Notes under the pieces: model-generated | Database searches by the model: none | Told to the model about the DNA's origin: nothing | What the model saw: only the letters and a program-made list of their open reading frames with translations | Program-made: the position numbers and the translations under genes | Part shown: piece after piece, positions 1 through 13,207 of the stretch | Numbering within the stretch: the first letter of the stretch is position 1 | Layout: every line of letters starts with the position of its first letter | DNA from: an uncultured delta proteobacterium | GTDB lineage: Bacteria > Myxococcota > Myxococcia > Myxococcales > Myxococcaceae | Reading direction: 5' to 3' | Length of the DNA stretch: 64,000 nt | Assembly: GCA_963776345.1 (NCBI GenBank) | Contig: CAVZMH010000006.1 | Span: 24,288 to 88,287 of the forward strand

Positions 1-10
1 CCTCGCCTGC

Positions 11-745
11 TCAGCGCTGGGGGGCGCGGGCCGCCGGCGCCGCGAGTGGCCGCAGCAACCCCGGATGCGTCTGCGCGGTCCAGAGCGCGAGCGCGGTCGC
101 CAGGAGGAAGCCGGCCGTCGCCGCGAGCACCGCGATCTTCACCGGGCGCACCGACGTCTCTTCCTCGGAGGCGGCGGGACGGCGCCGCGGGCGCTCGGTC
201 CCCGCGCTCCCGCCGGGCATCCGGAGCCGCAGCACGGCAGGCCCGATGTGGATCCGCTGCCCGACCTGGAGCTCGCTCGGCCCGGCCAGCCGCTCGTCGT
301 CGAGGAAGGTACCGTTCTGGCTCCCCAGGTCCTCGAGAAACAGACGCTCCCCGCGGCGGGTCAGCCGGGCGTGCCGTCGGCTGATGGAGGCGTGGGGGAG
401 CCGCAGGTCGCAGCTGCTCGACCGGCCGAGGATCACCGCCCCCTCGCTCACCGGGAGCAGCTGGCCCGTGCCGGGGCCGTGCTCGGCGTAGAGGAAGATC
501 TCCTGGGTGCCCACCGCGGCCACCGTGGAGACCATCGTCGCCGGACCGACGGTGTCCCGGCCCGCGCGCCGCTTCCGACCGGGGCGCACCGGATAGGTCG
601 TCACCCGCTGGGGCGCCGGATCATCGGCGTTGAGCGGCGTGGCCTCGCGCTCGTCGAACGGGAGCTCGCCCGTGTCGTCGGAGTCCTTCTTGCCATCCTC
701 GGTGGGAGGTCGCCGTGGGGGTCGCTTGGGGTTGGATGGCGCCAT
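11..745 (-). CDS. FHA domain-containing membrane protein
   Basis: FHA signature GRS...SISRRHA...DLGSQNGTF; low-complexity N-terminus; C-terminal hydrophobic helix (IAVLAATAGFLLATALALW). Confidence 0.85.
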   Translation of the reverse strand: MAPSNPKRPPRRPPTEDGKKDSDDTGELPFDEREATPLNADDPAPQRVTTYPVRPGRKRRAGRDTVGPATMVSTVAAVGTQEIFLYAEHGPGTGQLLPVSEGAVILGRSSSCDLRLPHASISRRHARLTRRGERLFLEDLGSQNGTFLDDERLAGPSELQVGQRIHIGPAVLRLRMPGGSAGTERPRRRPAASEEETSVRPVKIAVLAATAGFLLATALALWTAQTHPGLLRPLAAPAARAPQR

Positions 746-817
746 GCGGGTTCGCGGGGTCCCTCATCCCCCGGCCGTGCAATGATGTCACGTTCCTCGA
801 TTTCCCGCGCCACTCTC

Positions 818-2290
818 TTGTCACCGTCCCACGGCCCCCCCGCCCTCTCCGTCTACAACACGCTGACCCGCCGCAAGGAGCCCCTCGAGACGCTCCACCC
901 CGGTGAAGTGCGTCTGTACGTGTGTGGTCCCACCGTCTACTCGTGGGTGCACATCGGGAACGCCCGGACGTTCACCATCTTTGACGTCGTGGTGCGTTAT
1001 CTCCGCCACCGCGGCTACCGGGTCTCGTACGTCCGGAACTACACCGACGTCGACGACAAGATCATCAACGCCGCGCGAGAGGCCGGCGAGGACCCGGCGG
1101 CGCTCGCCGAGCGCTACGTCCGCGCCTTCGAGGAGGACGCCGCCGCGCTCGGCCTGCTGGCTCCGGACGTCGCGCCGCGGGTGACCGAGGTCATCCCGGA
1201 GATCCTCGCGCTCATCCAGACGCTGCTCGACGAAGGCGTCGCCTACCCGGCGGGCGGCGACGTCTACTTCCAGGTCTCGCGCTGGCCCGAGTACGCCAAG
1301 CTCTCGCGGCGCAATCTCGACGACCTGCGCGCCGGCGAGCGGGTCACGCCGGGCGAGCACAAGCGCGAGCCGCTCGACTTCGCGCTCTGGAAGGCCGAGA
1401 AGCCCGGCGAGCCGGCGTGGGATGCGCCCTGGGGCCGAGGCCGTCCCGGGTGGCACATCGAGTGCTCGGCGATGAGCGAGAAGTTCCTCGGTCGGACCTT
1501 CGACATCCACGGCGGCGGGCTGGACCTCATCTTCCCCCACCACGAGAACGAGATCGCCCAGTCCGAGGCCGCCCACCACGCGCCGCTCGCCCGGGTGTGG
1601 ATGCACGCCGGCTTTCTCAATCTCGAGAACGCCAAGATGTCGAAGAGCCTGGGGAACGTGGTCCGGCTCCGCGACGCGCTGGCGAAGGTGGACGCCGAGG
1701 CGCTGCGATACTTCTTCGTCACCAGCCACTACCGGAACGGGCTGGACTTCTCCGACGAGGCGCTCTCCGACGCCGAGAAGCGGATGGAGTACTTCTACGA
1801 GACGCTCCAGCGGGTCGACGAGCGGCTCGGCGCGCGCGAGGTGAAGCCCGGGCCGGTGCACGGCGACCCGGACGCCCACCTCCGCGCGTTCGAGGAGGCG
1901 ATGGACGACGACTTCAACACCGCCGGGGCTCTGGCGGCGCTCTCGGGCCTGTTCGGACAGCTGAACGAGCTCCTCGATCGTCCGCCCGTGCCCGACCGGG
2001 CCACGGTGGTCCGCACCCTGGCCACGCTGCGGGCGGTGGTTCCGGCGATGGGCGGCGTGCTCGGCATCCTGGGGAGCAACCCCGCGGCCTGGCTCGAGCG
2101 TCGGCGAGACCGGCTGGTCCGGCAGCGCGGCCTGGACCGCGCGCGGATCGAGTCGATGCTCGCCGAGCGGACCGAGGCGCGAAAGGCCAAGGACTTCGCC
2201 CGATCGGACGCCATCCGCGACGCGCTCCTGGCGCTCGGGGTGGAGCTGCGAGACGGGCCGTCCGGAACGCAGTGGAAGGTCCGCTCCTGA
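818..2290 (+). CDS. cysS: cysteine--tRNA ligase
   Basis: YVCGPTVY, HIGNAR, GRPGWHIECSAM, DIHGGG, KMSKS motifs; start uncertain (TTG 818 or ATG 782); the upstream part of the 65..2290 ORF is a shadow extension. Confidence 0.97.
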   Translation: MSPSHGPPALSVYNTLTRRKEPLETLHPGEVRLYVCGPTVYSWVHIGNARTFTIFDVVVRYLRHRGYRVSYVRNYTDVDDKIINAAREAGEDPAALAERYVRAFEEDAAALGLLAPDVAPRVTEVIPEILALIQTLLDEGVAYPAGGDVYFQVSRWPEYAKLSRRNLDDLRAGERVTPGEHKREPLDFALWKAEKPGEPAWDAPWGRGRPGWHIECSAMSEKFLGRTFDIHGGGLDLIFPHHENEIAQSEAAHHAPLARVWMHAGFLNLENAKMSKSLGNVVRLRDALAKVDAEALRYFFVTSHYRNGLDFSDEALSDAEKRMEYFYETLQRVDERLGAREVKPGPVHGDPDAHLRAFEEAMDDDFNTAGALAALSGLFGQLNELLDRPPVPDRATVVRTLATLRAVVPAMGGVLGILGSNPAAWLERRRDRLVRQRGLDRARIESMLAERTEARKAKDFARSDAIRDALLALGVELRDGPSGTQWKVRS

Positions 2291-2380
2291 GCTGACACCG
2301 CGCGAGGGCGGGCCGGAGCCCCGGCTCCTGCCGAGGCCGCCCGCGAGACCGATGCCGCTCCTGGTGCTCGCCGGTCGCCG

Positions 2381-3085
2381 TCAGCGCGCCCGCTCGATGC
2401 GCACGGTGAACAGGTGATGGACCGAGACCGCGCGCCCCTCGATCTGCGCCGGCCGGTAGCGACGCGCCTGCAGCGCGGCGAGCACCGCGGCCTCGGCGAG
2501 CGGGAGGCCTCTGAGCACCTCGCATCCCTCCACGGTCCCCGAGGCGGTGATCACGCAGCGCGCGAGCAGCGTGCCCTCCACCCCGCTGCGCCGCGCCTCG
2601 GCGGAGAGCATCACCCCCGGTCCGGAGAGCAGAACCGGCATCTGCGCCACCACGTCCTCGGAGAAGGCGCCGGGCCCGTCGCCGCCGCACGGAGGCGTGG
2701 CGCACTCCGGGCCACCGCCGGGGCCACGCCCGTCGCCGGTCGGTCCCCCGGGGCCGTCCTGCGGGTTTCCGTCCAGACCCTCGGTCGACACCGGCGGGGG
2801 CGGCGGCTCGGTCGGACGCGCCACCTCGACCGGGCGCGCAGTCCCGGGCCGCACGGGCCGGCGAGCTCTCGGAGGCAGCGCCCCCGGCTTCTGACCGGAG
2901 CCTCCGCCGCTCGCGATCGGCCCTCGGGGGATCCACCGCACGGGGGGAAGCCCGTCCCGCGGTGGCGTCGGGCGGGAGAGAGCCAGCGCCCCGGCGAGCA
3001 GCACGGCGTGGGCGAGGAGAGAGAGGGCCAGGGCGGGTCGCAGCCGCGTGGGTGCGCTGGACCGCCCGCGAACGACGTCGAACAT
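2381..3085 (-). CDS. TonB-like energy transducer (TM helix, Pro/Gly linker, TonB_C)
   Basis: SLLAH (SxxxH) in TM helix, Pro-rich linker, C-terminal ARRSGVEG...[15 protein letters not shown]...[11 protein letters not shown] typical of TonB_C. Confidence 0.8.
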   Translation of the reverse strand: MFDVVRGRSSAPTRLRPALALSLLAHAVLLAGALALSRPTPPRDGLPPVRWIPRGPIASGGGSGQKPGALPPRARRPVRPGTARPVEVARPTEPPPPPVSTEGLDGNPQDGPGGPTGDGRGPGGGPECATPPCGGDGPGAFSEDVVAQMPVLLSGPGVMLSAEARRSGVEGTLLARCVITASGTVEGCEVLRGLPLAEAAVLAALQARRYRPAQIEGRAVSVHHLFTVRIERAR

Positions 3086-3234
3086 CGGAGAGCCTGCCCG
3101 GGGGCCGTCCGCCACGTCCCCTCGGCGAGGGCCGCCCACGGGCACCCCGCAGTCTCTCGCCCGTCCGCTCCTGCCGTCCAGTGGGCGGGTCCGCGGTGGA
3201 CGTCGCCCCGCGCCCCGGGGCAGAACCAGGCCCC

Positions 3235-4899
3235 ATGCTCTCCGCCGCCCTCGTCCTGGCGCTCGCCGCCGCGCCGCCCGCCCGGACCTCCGCCGCCGCC
3301 GAGCGGGCCATCACCGCCGACGCCCTCCGCGCCCACGTCCGCTTCCTCGCCTCCGACCTGCTCGAGGGCAGGGGACCCGGGACCCGCGGCGATGCGCTGG
3401 CGGAGGCCTACATCTCCTCCCAGCTCGAGGCGCTCGGGCTCCGGCCCGCCGGCACGCAGGGGTACCTCCAGCCGTTCGACATCGTGGGCGTGGACGGCCA
3501 CGCCCCCACCGTCCAGTTCACCCACGGCTCCAGCGCGCTCGTCCTCCGCCACCCCGACGAGGTCATCGCGGTGGCGGGCGACGCGGCTCCCCACACTGCG
3601 CTCGAGGCGGCGGAGCTGGTCTTCGTGGGCTACGGCATCCGCGCACCCGAGTACGCCTGGGACGACTTCAAGGGGCAGGACCTCCGGGGCAAGGTGCTGC
3701 TCATCCTCAACAGCGACCCCGAGGACGACCCGGCGCTCTTCGCCGGCCGGACGCGCCTCTGGTACGGCCGCTGGGACTACAAGTACGAGATGGCCGCGAA
3801 GGTGGGGGCCGCGGGCGCCATCGTCCTCCACACCCCGCACAGCGCCGGCTACCCCTGGCAGGTCGTCCGCACCTCGTGGACCGGGCCGCAGTTCTCGGTG
3901 CCCACCACCGAGCGGCGGGTGCCGGTGCGCGGGTGGGTCACCGAGGAGGCGTGCCGGAAGCTCGTGGCGCTCGCGGGCAAGAGCCTGGACGAGCTCGTCC
4001 GCTCGGCGAACCAGCGCCAGTTCCGCCCCGTCCCGCTGGGGATCGCCGTCACCGCCGCGTTCGACAGCCGCGTCGAGCGGACGCACACGGCGAACGTGCT
4101 CGCGGTGCTCCCCGGGAGCGACCCGCGGCTGTCCTCCGAGGTGGTGCTCTACACCGCCCACCACGACCACCTGGGGATGCGCGCCGATGCGCCGCCGGGC
4201 GAGGACGCCATCTACAACGGCGCCGAGGACAACGCCTCGGGGGTGGCCCTGATGCTCGAGGTGGCGCGCGCGTACGCCGCGCTCCCCGAGCCCCCGAGGC
4301 GCAGCATCCTCTTCGCCGCGGTGGCCGCCGAGGAGCAGGGCCTGCTCGGCTCCGAGTATCTGGCGCGCCACCCGCCTGTGCCGCTGGGACGCATCGCGGT
4401 GGACATCAACATCGACGGGGCCAACGTCTTCGGCCGGACCCGCGACGTCACCGTCATCGGCCTCGGCAAGACCGATCTCGACGTGACGCTCCGGGCGCTC
4501 GCCCGCGCGCAGGGCCGGGTGCTGCGGGGCGACCAGCTCCCGGACCGCGGGTACTTCTACCGGAGCGACCAGTTCAGCTTCGCCCGGGTCGGGGTCCCCT
4601 CGGCGTACTTCGAGAGCGGGCTCGACTACCGCGGTCGCCCGCCCGGCTGGGGCCGGGAGAGGCGCGAGGCCTGGGAGGAGACCCGGTACCACCAGCCCTC
4701 GGACGAGCTGACGCCCGACTGGGACCTCTCGGGCGCGGTGGAGGATGCCCGGCTGCAGTTCGCCCTCGGGTACAGCGTGGCCCAGGCGCGGGTCCTGCCT
4801 GCCTGGACGAAGGGCGACGAGTTCGAGGCTCCCCGCCAGCGCTCGCTGGAGGCGCTCCGCCAGCGTCCGCCCGGAGCGAGCCCGGCCAGCACTCATTAA
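3235..4899 (+). CDS. M28 family metallopeptidase with PA domain
   Basis: Signal peptide; [45 protein letters not shown] motifs. Confidence 0.92.
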   Translation: MLSAALVLALAAAPPARTSAAAERAITADALRAHVRFLASDLLEGRGPGTRGDALAEAYISSQLEALGLRPAGTQGYLQPFDIVGVDGHAPTVQFTHGSSALVLRHPDEVIAVAGDAAPHTALEAAELVFVGYGIRAPEYAWDDFKGQDLRGKVLLILNSDPEDDPALFAGRTRLWYGRWDYKYEMAAKVGAAGAIVLHTPHSAGYPWQVVRTSWTGPQFSVPTTERRVPVRGWVTEEACRKLVALAGKSLDELVRSANQRQFRPVPLGIAVTAAFDSRVERTHTANVLAVLPGSDPRLSSEVVLYTAHHDHLGMRADAPPGEDAIYNGAEDNASGVALMLEVARAYAALPEPPRRSILFAAVAAEEQGLLGSEYLARHPPVPLGRIAVDINIDGANVFGRTRDVTVIGLGKTDLDVTLRALARAQGRVLRGDQLPDRGYFYRSDQFSFARVGVPSAYFESGLDYRGRPPGWGRERREAWEETRYHQPSDELTPDWDLSGAVEDARLQFALGYSVAQARVLPAWTKGDEFEAPRQRSLEALRQRPPGASPASTH

Positions 4900-4908
4900 A
4901 GTGTTTCC

Positions 4909-7046
<2,138 letters not shown>

Positions 7047-7047
<1 letters not shown>

Positions 7048-8996
7048 TGCCGTCGGCGGCGCTGGAGGAGAAGCTGGAGCGGCTCCCGACCGCCCCCGGC
7101 GTCTACCTGATGAAGGACGCCCGGGGAGAGGTCATCTACGTCGGCAAGGCGGTGAATCTCCGCAGCCGCGTGCGCTCCTACTTCGGGCGGAGCAGCGACA
7201 CCCGCGCCTTCATCCCCTTCCTCGAATCGGTGCTCGAGGACGTGGAGACGGTGGTGGTGAGCAACGAGAAGGAGGCGCTCCTCCTCGAGAACGAGCTCAT
7301 CAAGCGGCACCAGCCCCGGTTCAACGTCCTCCTCAAGGACGACAAGAACTTCATCTGCCTGAGGCTCGACCCGGCCGGGGAGTGGCCGCGGCTGGAGGTG
7401 GTGCGGCGCTTCAAGCGCGACGGGGCGCTGTACTTCGGGCCCTACGCCTCGGCGAGCAGCATCCGGGAGACGCTGCGGATCATCAACCGCTACTTCCAGC
7501 TGCGGACCTGCTCGGACCACGTGCTCCACCACCGGAGGCGGCCCTGTCTGCTCCACCAGATCGGCCGCTGCCCCGCGCCCTGCGTCCACGACGTCTCGCG
7601 GGAGGAGTACGCCGAGTCGGTGCGGGAGGTGGCCCTGTTCCTGGAGGGGAAGGGTGGCGAGCTGCTCTCGGCGCTCCGGGGGCGGATGAAGGGAGCGGCC
7701 CAGGCGCTCCGCTTCGAGCAGGCGGCGCGGCTCCGGGATCAGCTCTTCGCCATCGAGCGCTCGCTGGAGCGGCAGAAGGTCGCCACCACCGAGCCCATCG
7801 ACCAGGACGTGTTCGGCTACCACCGCGAGGCGGACCGGCTGGTGGTGTACGTGCTCTACGTGCGGCAGGGCCGGCTCAACGGCGGCCAGGCCTTCCCCTT
7901 CACCGGGCAGGAGTTTCCCGACGAGGAGCTGCTCGGCAGCCTGGTCAACCTCTACTACGGAGAGGACAACGTGCTGCCCGACGAGGTGCTGCTGCCGCTC
8001 CGGCCGGAGGGTGGGGTGGATCCGCTGGCGGAGCTGCTCACCGAGAAGCGGGGCCGGCGGGTCCGGGTCCTGGTGCCTCAGCGTGGAGAGAAGCTCCAGC
8101 TGGTGGAGATGAGCGCGGCGAACGCGCGCCAGGCGCTGCTCGACCAGCGGCGGAGCCGGGACGAGCTGGACGCAGTCCTGAAGCGACTCGAGGACCGGCT
8201 GCACCTCTCGGCCCTGCCGCGCCGGATGGAGTGCTTCGACATCTCGCACTTCCAGGGCAGCAGCATCGTCGCCAGCCAGGTGGCGATGACCGACGGCGAG
8301 CTGGACCGGGCGCGCTACCGGCGGTTCCGGATCAAGAGCGTGCAGGCCCAGGACGACTTCGCCTCGATGTACGAGGTGGTGAGCCGGCGGCTGCGGCGGG
8401 GACGCGAGGCGGGCGACCTGCCGGACCTCCTGGTCATCGACGGCGGCAAGGGGCAGCTGGCCTCGGCGCGGGCGGCGATGAAGGACCTGGGGGTGAGCCT
8501 CGACGTGGTGGGCCTCGCCAAGTCGCGCGAGCTGGACTCGGACGACCAGGCCGGCGCGGCGGCCCGGAGCCCCGAGCGGGTGTTCATCCCGGAGAAGCGC
8601 GACCCCGTCGTCCTGCCGCAGAACTCGCCCGAGCTGTTCCTCCTGGTCCGCCTGCGCGACGAGGCCCACCGCTTCGCCATCACCTATCAGCAGAAGCTGA
8701 TGCGGCGGCGGAACTTCAAGAGCGTGCTCGAGGACGTCCCCGGCGTGGGCGAGGGCAGGAAGAAGGCGCTGCTCCGGGCCTTCGGGTCGCTGAAGCGCAT
8801 CCGCGAGGCGAGCATCGAGGAGCTGGCCGCGCAGGCGGGCCTGGGGACCACGCTGGCCGAGCGGATCCACGCCCACCTGCACGCCTCGGAGCGCGAGCTG
8901 CGGCGCGAGCTGGCCGAGGGGCAGGTGGACGAGGACGCGGTCCGGGAGGCGTCGCTGGAGGACGCGGCGCAGGACGAACCCCGGCCTCCCGGTTGA
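7047..8996 (+). CDS. uvrC: excinuclease ABC subunit C
   Basis: GIY-YIG (PGVYLM...IYVGKA), UVR motif, [21 protein letters not shown], HhH; ATG overlaps the uvrB stop (TGATG). Confidence 0.97.
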
Positions 8997-9107
8997 CCGT
9001 CCTGGCCGGACGCAGTCCGTGCAAGGCGGGCTCCGGGCCGCTCTTCGCTCCCGGGACGTCGATCTCGCTCCGGGCGGGCCGATGACCGCGGTAGCCTGCA
9101 CGCCCCG

Positions 9108-9517
9108 ATGCGGCTCGACCCCACGGCCATCCCTGCCATCTCCCGCGAGGCGATCGCGGTGCTGACCCGCGAGGGGGACATCGAGGTCGAGCCGACGCGG
9201 GTCGCCGACGCCGAGATGGACCTCGCCGCCATCATGCGCGAGCACCTCACCGGCGAGGAGCGCGTGAACCAGGCGACCCGCGAGGCGCTGGAGCGCCGGG
9301 GGTACTGGCGGACGTGCGCGGGTTCAAGCTCGGCGACGAGGGCATCGCATCGGTCGTCGGGCAGATGTCCGAGTTCCTGCTCCTGAGTCGGAGTGTGGAA
9401 GAGGTCTTCTCCGCGGACGACGTGCTCCGGGCGAAGCTGGGTGCGGTCATGGCGAAGCACCTTGCCGCGGAACCCGGTCGGCCTCCGTCTGGCTCGGGTG
9501 GCACTGGCGCCGGCTGA
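9108..9517 (+). pseudogene. frameshifted, truncated paralogue of the adjacent DUF507-like gene
   Basis: First 66 aa are 50/66 identical to 9714..10232; relative to the intact copy 34 nt are missing at about 9305, after which homology resumes in another frame (DVRGFKLGDEG); C-terminal third absent. Confidence 0.85.
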
Positions 9518-9713
9518 TCGCTTCCCGGGTCGAGTGAGCGGCGGAGCGGGTCGCCCTCGGGCCCACGGGGCTCGACCGGCCGCTTGCTCACGAGACCGAA
9601 AAAACTCCCTGTTTTCGTTGCGGCGCGGACCCCCCGGTGATGTATAGCGGGGGCTTCCACGAGCGACGCCGACGGTCAATCTTCGGGGGGCTCGCCGGTA
9701 CCCAGGAAGGGTT

Positions 9714-10232
9714 ATGAGGCTTTATCCCAAGGTGATTCCCGTCATCTCCCGCGAGGCGATCCAGCTGCTGATGCAGGACGGGGACATCGAGGTCGAGCAG
9801 ATGCGGATCAACGACGCGGAGATGGACCTCTCCGCCATCATGCGTGAGTACCTCACCAACGAGGAGCGCGTGAACCAGGCGACCCGCGAGGCGCTGGAGC
9901 GCCGGGGCTACGACTACAGCAAGTTCAACCAGGTGAAGCGCGAGATGGCCGACGTCCGCGGCTTCAAGATGGGCGACGAGGGGATCGAGTACGTCATCAA
10001 CCAGATGATCGAGTTCCTCCTCATCAGCCGGAACGTCGAGGAGGTCTTCTCGGCGGACAACGTGATCCGGCAGAAGGTCTTCGCGGTGATGAAGAAGCAC
10101 CTCGACGTCGACGAGGAGATCGACCGCGAGGCCCGGGCGCGCCTGAAGCACCTGCAGGAAGGCACCAGCGCCTTCGACATCGAGTACAACAAGACGGTCG
10201 AGCAGATCCGCCGCGCCCGCGGCCTGATCTGA
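9714..10232 (+). CDS. DUF507 family protein
   Basis: Strong codon bias, AGGAAGG RBS; sequence resembles the deltaproteobacterial/myxobacterial DUF507 family (recognised from memory, no search run). Confidence 0.8.
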   Translation: MRLYPKVIPVISREAIQLLMQDGDIEVEQMRINDAEMDLSAIMREYLTNEERVNQATREALERRGYDYSKFNQVKREMADVRGFKMGDEGIEYVINQMIEFLLISRNVEEVFSADNVIRQKVFAVMKKHLDVDEEIDREARARLKHLQEGTSAFDIEYNKTVEQIRRARGLI

Positions 10233-10288
10233 CCGCCGGCTCCGGCTCGAAAGTTGACCCGTCAGGCCGGCCGTCTACCGTTCGCTCC

Positions 10289-10651
10289 GTGTCCAGCTCC
10301 GAGCTCGCGCCTCCGACCTCTCCCGGGACCTCCCTCGAATCGCTCTCGCAGACCGCGGGTGATGCGCTCCGCCGGGCGCTCGCCTCGTCCGGCACGGGCA
10401 GCGTGCTCTCCACGCAGGTGGAGGAGGACCTGCGCTCGGCGCTGACCGGACTCGAGGCCCTGCACTCGCACCTCGAGGATCTGGTCTCCACCCTCCTCGA
10501 GCCGCGACCCACCCCGCTGTCGCTGGTCGAGGCGGCCGACGACTCCCGGGCCCAGGAGGCGCTGGTCTCCCTCGAGGAGACGCTGACCTCGCTCCGCCGC
10601 CGGCTCGGCCAGGCCGCCGCGCAGCTCCGCATCCGGCCCGAGCCCGCCTAG
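10289..10651 (+). CDS. hypothetical helical/coiled-coil protein
   Basis: GC3-rich frame, Leu/Glu heptad-like pattern, fills the gap before the convergent chromate transporter gene. Confidence 0.6.
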   Translation: MSSSELAPPTSPGTSLESLSQTAGDALRRALASSGTGSVLSTQVEEDLRSALTGLEALHSHLEDLVSTLLEPRPTPLSLVEAADDSRAQEALVSLEETLTSLRRRLGQAAAQLRIRPEPA

Positions 10652-10766
10652 CGCTCGGAGCACTCGGGAGCCGAACAGGTGAGCATCACGCGGCCGCCCT
10701 GATCCCCGCCGACTGCAGCCCGCCTGACGACACCCTGACCCGGACCTCGACCGCGGCCGCCGTGAC

Positions 10767-12083
10767 CTAGAGCCCGGCGAACGACAGGCCCAGCCTGGCC
10801 GCGCCGCCGAGCACCAGGAGCCACACCGGGTTCACGTCGAAGCGCACCGCGGTGAGCGCGGTGGCCGCCGCGATGCCCACCTCCAGCCTGGCGTCGAAGC
10901 TCCCGCCGAGGGTGATGGCCGCCGCCGCCATCAGCCCCACCACCGCCGGGGTGAGGCCGCGCAGCGCCGCGCGCACCCAGCGACGCGACCGCACCCGGTC
11001 GAGCCACGTCCCGAGCAGAACCACCAGGGCGAAGGGCGCCGAGAAGATGGCCACCGTGGCCACGCCCGCCCCGAGCCAGCCGTGCTGCAGGTAGCCGATG
11101 AACGTCGCCAGCAGCAGCACCGGCCCCGGGGTGAGCTTCCCGATGGCCACCGCGTCGGCGAACTGCCGGTCGGTGATCCAGTTGTGGGCGTGCACCATCT
11201 GGCGCAGGTGGGGGATGATCGCGAAGCCGCCGCCGTACGCGCCGAGCCCGGTGCGGAAGTAGACCACGGCCATCTCGATCAGCTTCGCGTCCAGGCCGGT
11301 GGCGTGCACCATCGCGGCGAGCACCAGCAGGGTCCCCACCAGCGCCGGGGTGTGGAGCTCGGCCGGGGGCGGGGAGGCCGGCGGCGGGTCCTCGCGCCCG
11401 GGCGGATCGAGCGGCGCCCCCTCCTCGGGGAGAGCCACCGGCACCCGCCGGCCGACGAGACCCCGAGCCCGCGCCAGCGCCCGCCGGGCCCCGAGGTCGA
11501 CCGCGAGCCCGATGCAGATGGCGAGCAGCACCACCTCGGCGGGCGACGCGCCGCCCACCGCCGAGAGCAGCAGCGCGCCGGCGGCGACGCCCATCTGCCA
11601 GAGCTGGTTCACCCCGGTGCGGACCATCTTCAGGGTGATGGCGCAGATGATGCCCACCACCGCGGCGTTGAAGCCCGAGAGGAGGCGGTCCGCCGAGGGA
11701 ACCGTCCCGAAGCGCACGTAGAGCCAGGAGAGCGCCCCCACCGCCACCGCGCCGGGGAGCACGAAGCCCACGTACCCGGCGAGCGCCCCGGTCCAGCCGC
11801 CGAAGCGCATCCCGATGTAGGCCAGGGCGTTCGCCGCCGCCCCGCCGGGCAGCATCTGCGAGACGGTGAGGGTGTTGGAGAACTCGCGCGGGGTGAGCCA
11901 GCGGCGCTTCTTCACCACCTCGTCGTCGATCTGCGAGAGCACGCTGATCCCGCCCCCGAAGCCCACGCACCCCAGCCAGAGGGCGGTAACGAAGAGGTCC
12001 CGGCGGGAGGGACGTTCGCGGGGGGTGGAGCGTGCGGTGGCGCGGCGGAGCCACTCCGCGGTGCTGCCGAGGACACTGCTCAT
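10767..12083 (-). CDS. chrA: chromate efflux transporter (long-chain CHR)
   Basis: Two homologous halves with GFGGG / AYGGG motifs, LTPGPV, multiple TM helices. Confidence 0.9.
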   Translation of the reverse strand: MSSVLGSTAEWLRRATARSTPRERPSRRDLFVTALWLGCVGFGGGISVLSQIDDEVVKKRRWLTPREFSNTLTVSQMLPGGAAANALAYIGMRFGGWTGALAGYVGFVLPGAVAVGALSWLYVRFGTVPSADRLLSGFNAAVVGIICAITLKMVRTGVNQLWQMGVAAGALLLSAVGGASPAEVVLLAICIGLAVDLGARRALARARGLVGRRVPVALPEEGAPLDPPGREDPPPASPPPAELHTPALVGTLLVLAAMVHATGLDAKLIEMAVVYFRTGLGAYGGGFAIIPHLRQMVHAHNWITDRQFADAVAIGKLTPGPVLLLATFIGYLQHGWLGAGVATVAIFSAPFALVVLLGTWLDRVRSRRWVRAALRGLTPAVVGLMAAAAITLGGSFDARLEVGIAAATALTAVRFDVNPVWLLVLGGAARLGLSFAGL

Positions 12084-12131
12084 GGGAGCATCGACAACTC
12101 TAGCCCCGCGGCCCGGATTCCGCGCGCGTGT

Positions 12132-12893
12132 CTAGAGGCCGCGAGCGAGCGCGGAGCGGTCGAAGGGGCGTCCTGGCTTGTAGTCCGTCCACTCCACGAC
12201 CACCGGCCCAAGCGCGAAGTCCGCCTCCATCCGCATCGGGACGTGCGCCGCGTCGTCGCTGAACCACATGCGCAGCTCGCGCGCCGACAGATTGCCCGAG
12301 AACTCGGTGCGCAGCCGCACCCGGACTGCCTGCTTCGGGCCCAGCGGGGTTTCCACCGTTCCGCGGCCCTCCACCAGGGCGATGCCCTTGAAGAGCTTCG
12401 ACCCGGTGAAGATGGGCATCGAGAGCTGGTCGCCATCGGCCAGGCGCGCGGCGCGGAGGAAGAACACCGCCGAGGCGACGTCCACCGAGCCCAGCGGCAC
12501 CTCGACCTGCGACTCGCGCCGCGACTCTCCGTCGACCTGCCGCATCACCTGCGCCTTGCCCAGCACGCCGTCGAAGTCGATCCGCATCCGGCGCCGCTTC
12601 CGGTTCTCGTCGGCGTAGAGCTCGAGGCCCCGCGAGCGGATGCTGGTCGGATCCCACCAGGCCACGATCTTCTCCCGGATCGGGTAGATGACGAGGTCGC
12701 ACCGGCCGTTGGTCACGATGGGCCAGCTGCCGGGCCGGTCCGCCGCCTCGGCCCCGACGGTCACGTCCGCGGTCCCGGCGGGCAGACCGAGCCAGCTCAC
12801 CCGGTAGGTGATCTGCTCGCCCGGACCGAAGGCGGCCGCGGGCAGCGGTTCGGGGGAGGCGGCGAGCATCAGGGCCAGGACTGCAACGGACAC
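12132..12893 (-). CDS. DUF3108-like exported protein
   Basis: Signal peptide; FGPGEQITYRVSWLG, VETPLG and MWFSDD...VPMRMEA patterns typical of DUF3108. Confidence 0.75.
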   Translation of the reverse strand: MSVAVLALMLAASPEPLPAAAFGPGEQITYRVSWLGLPAGTADVTVGAEAADRPGSWPIVTNGRCDLVIYPIREKIVAWWDPTSIRSRGLELYADENRKRRRMRIDFDGVLGKAQVMRQVDGESRRESQVEVPLGSVDVASAVFFLRAARLADGDQLSMPIFTGSKLFKGIALVEGRGTVETPLGPKQAVRVRLRTEFSGNLSARELRMWFSDDAAHVPMRMEADFALGPVVVEWTDYKPGRPFDRSALARGL

Positions 12894-12997
12894 GCTCCGA
12901 ATTCTAGCCCTGGCGGCCGACGGATGCTCGTCCCGGTGCGGCGGCGCGCCTGGGGGGCCGGCGCCCGGGCTGCCGGTTGGGCGTAGACTCCCTGGGC

Positions 12998-13207
12998 GTG
13001 CCGATCGACAAGAACGCCGAGGAAGAGGACCTGCGCGAGGACCGGCGGAGCCGGGCCTACACCGACTACGACTGCCCCTCCTGCAACGCCAACAATCCCA
13101 CGGAGATGGCGCTGCGCGACGGGGACGAGACGCGCTGCAACTACTGCGGAACCGAGTACAAGGTCCGCATCACCGACGACGGCCGGCTCAGGCTCAAGGA
13201 GCTCTAG
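12998..13207 (+). CDS. small zinc-ribbon protein
   Basis: CPSC...CNYC cysteine pairs, good codon bias; GTG start assumed; stop overlaps the yggS stop. Confidence 0.7.
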   Translation: MPIDKNAEEEDLREDRRSRAYTDYDCPSCNANNPTEMALRDGDETRCNYCGTEYKVRITDDGRLRLKEL

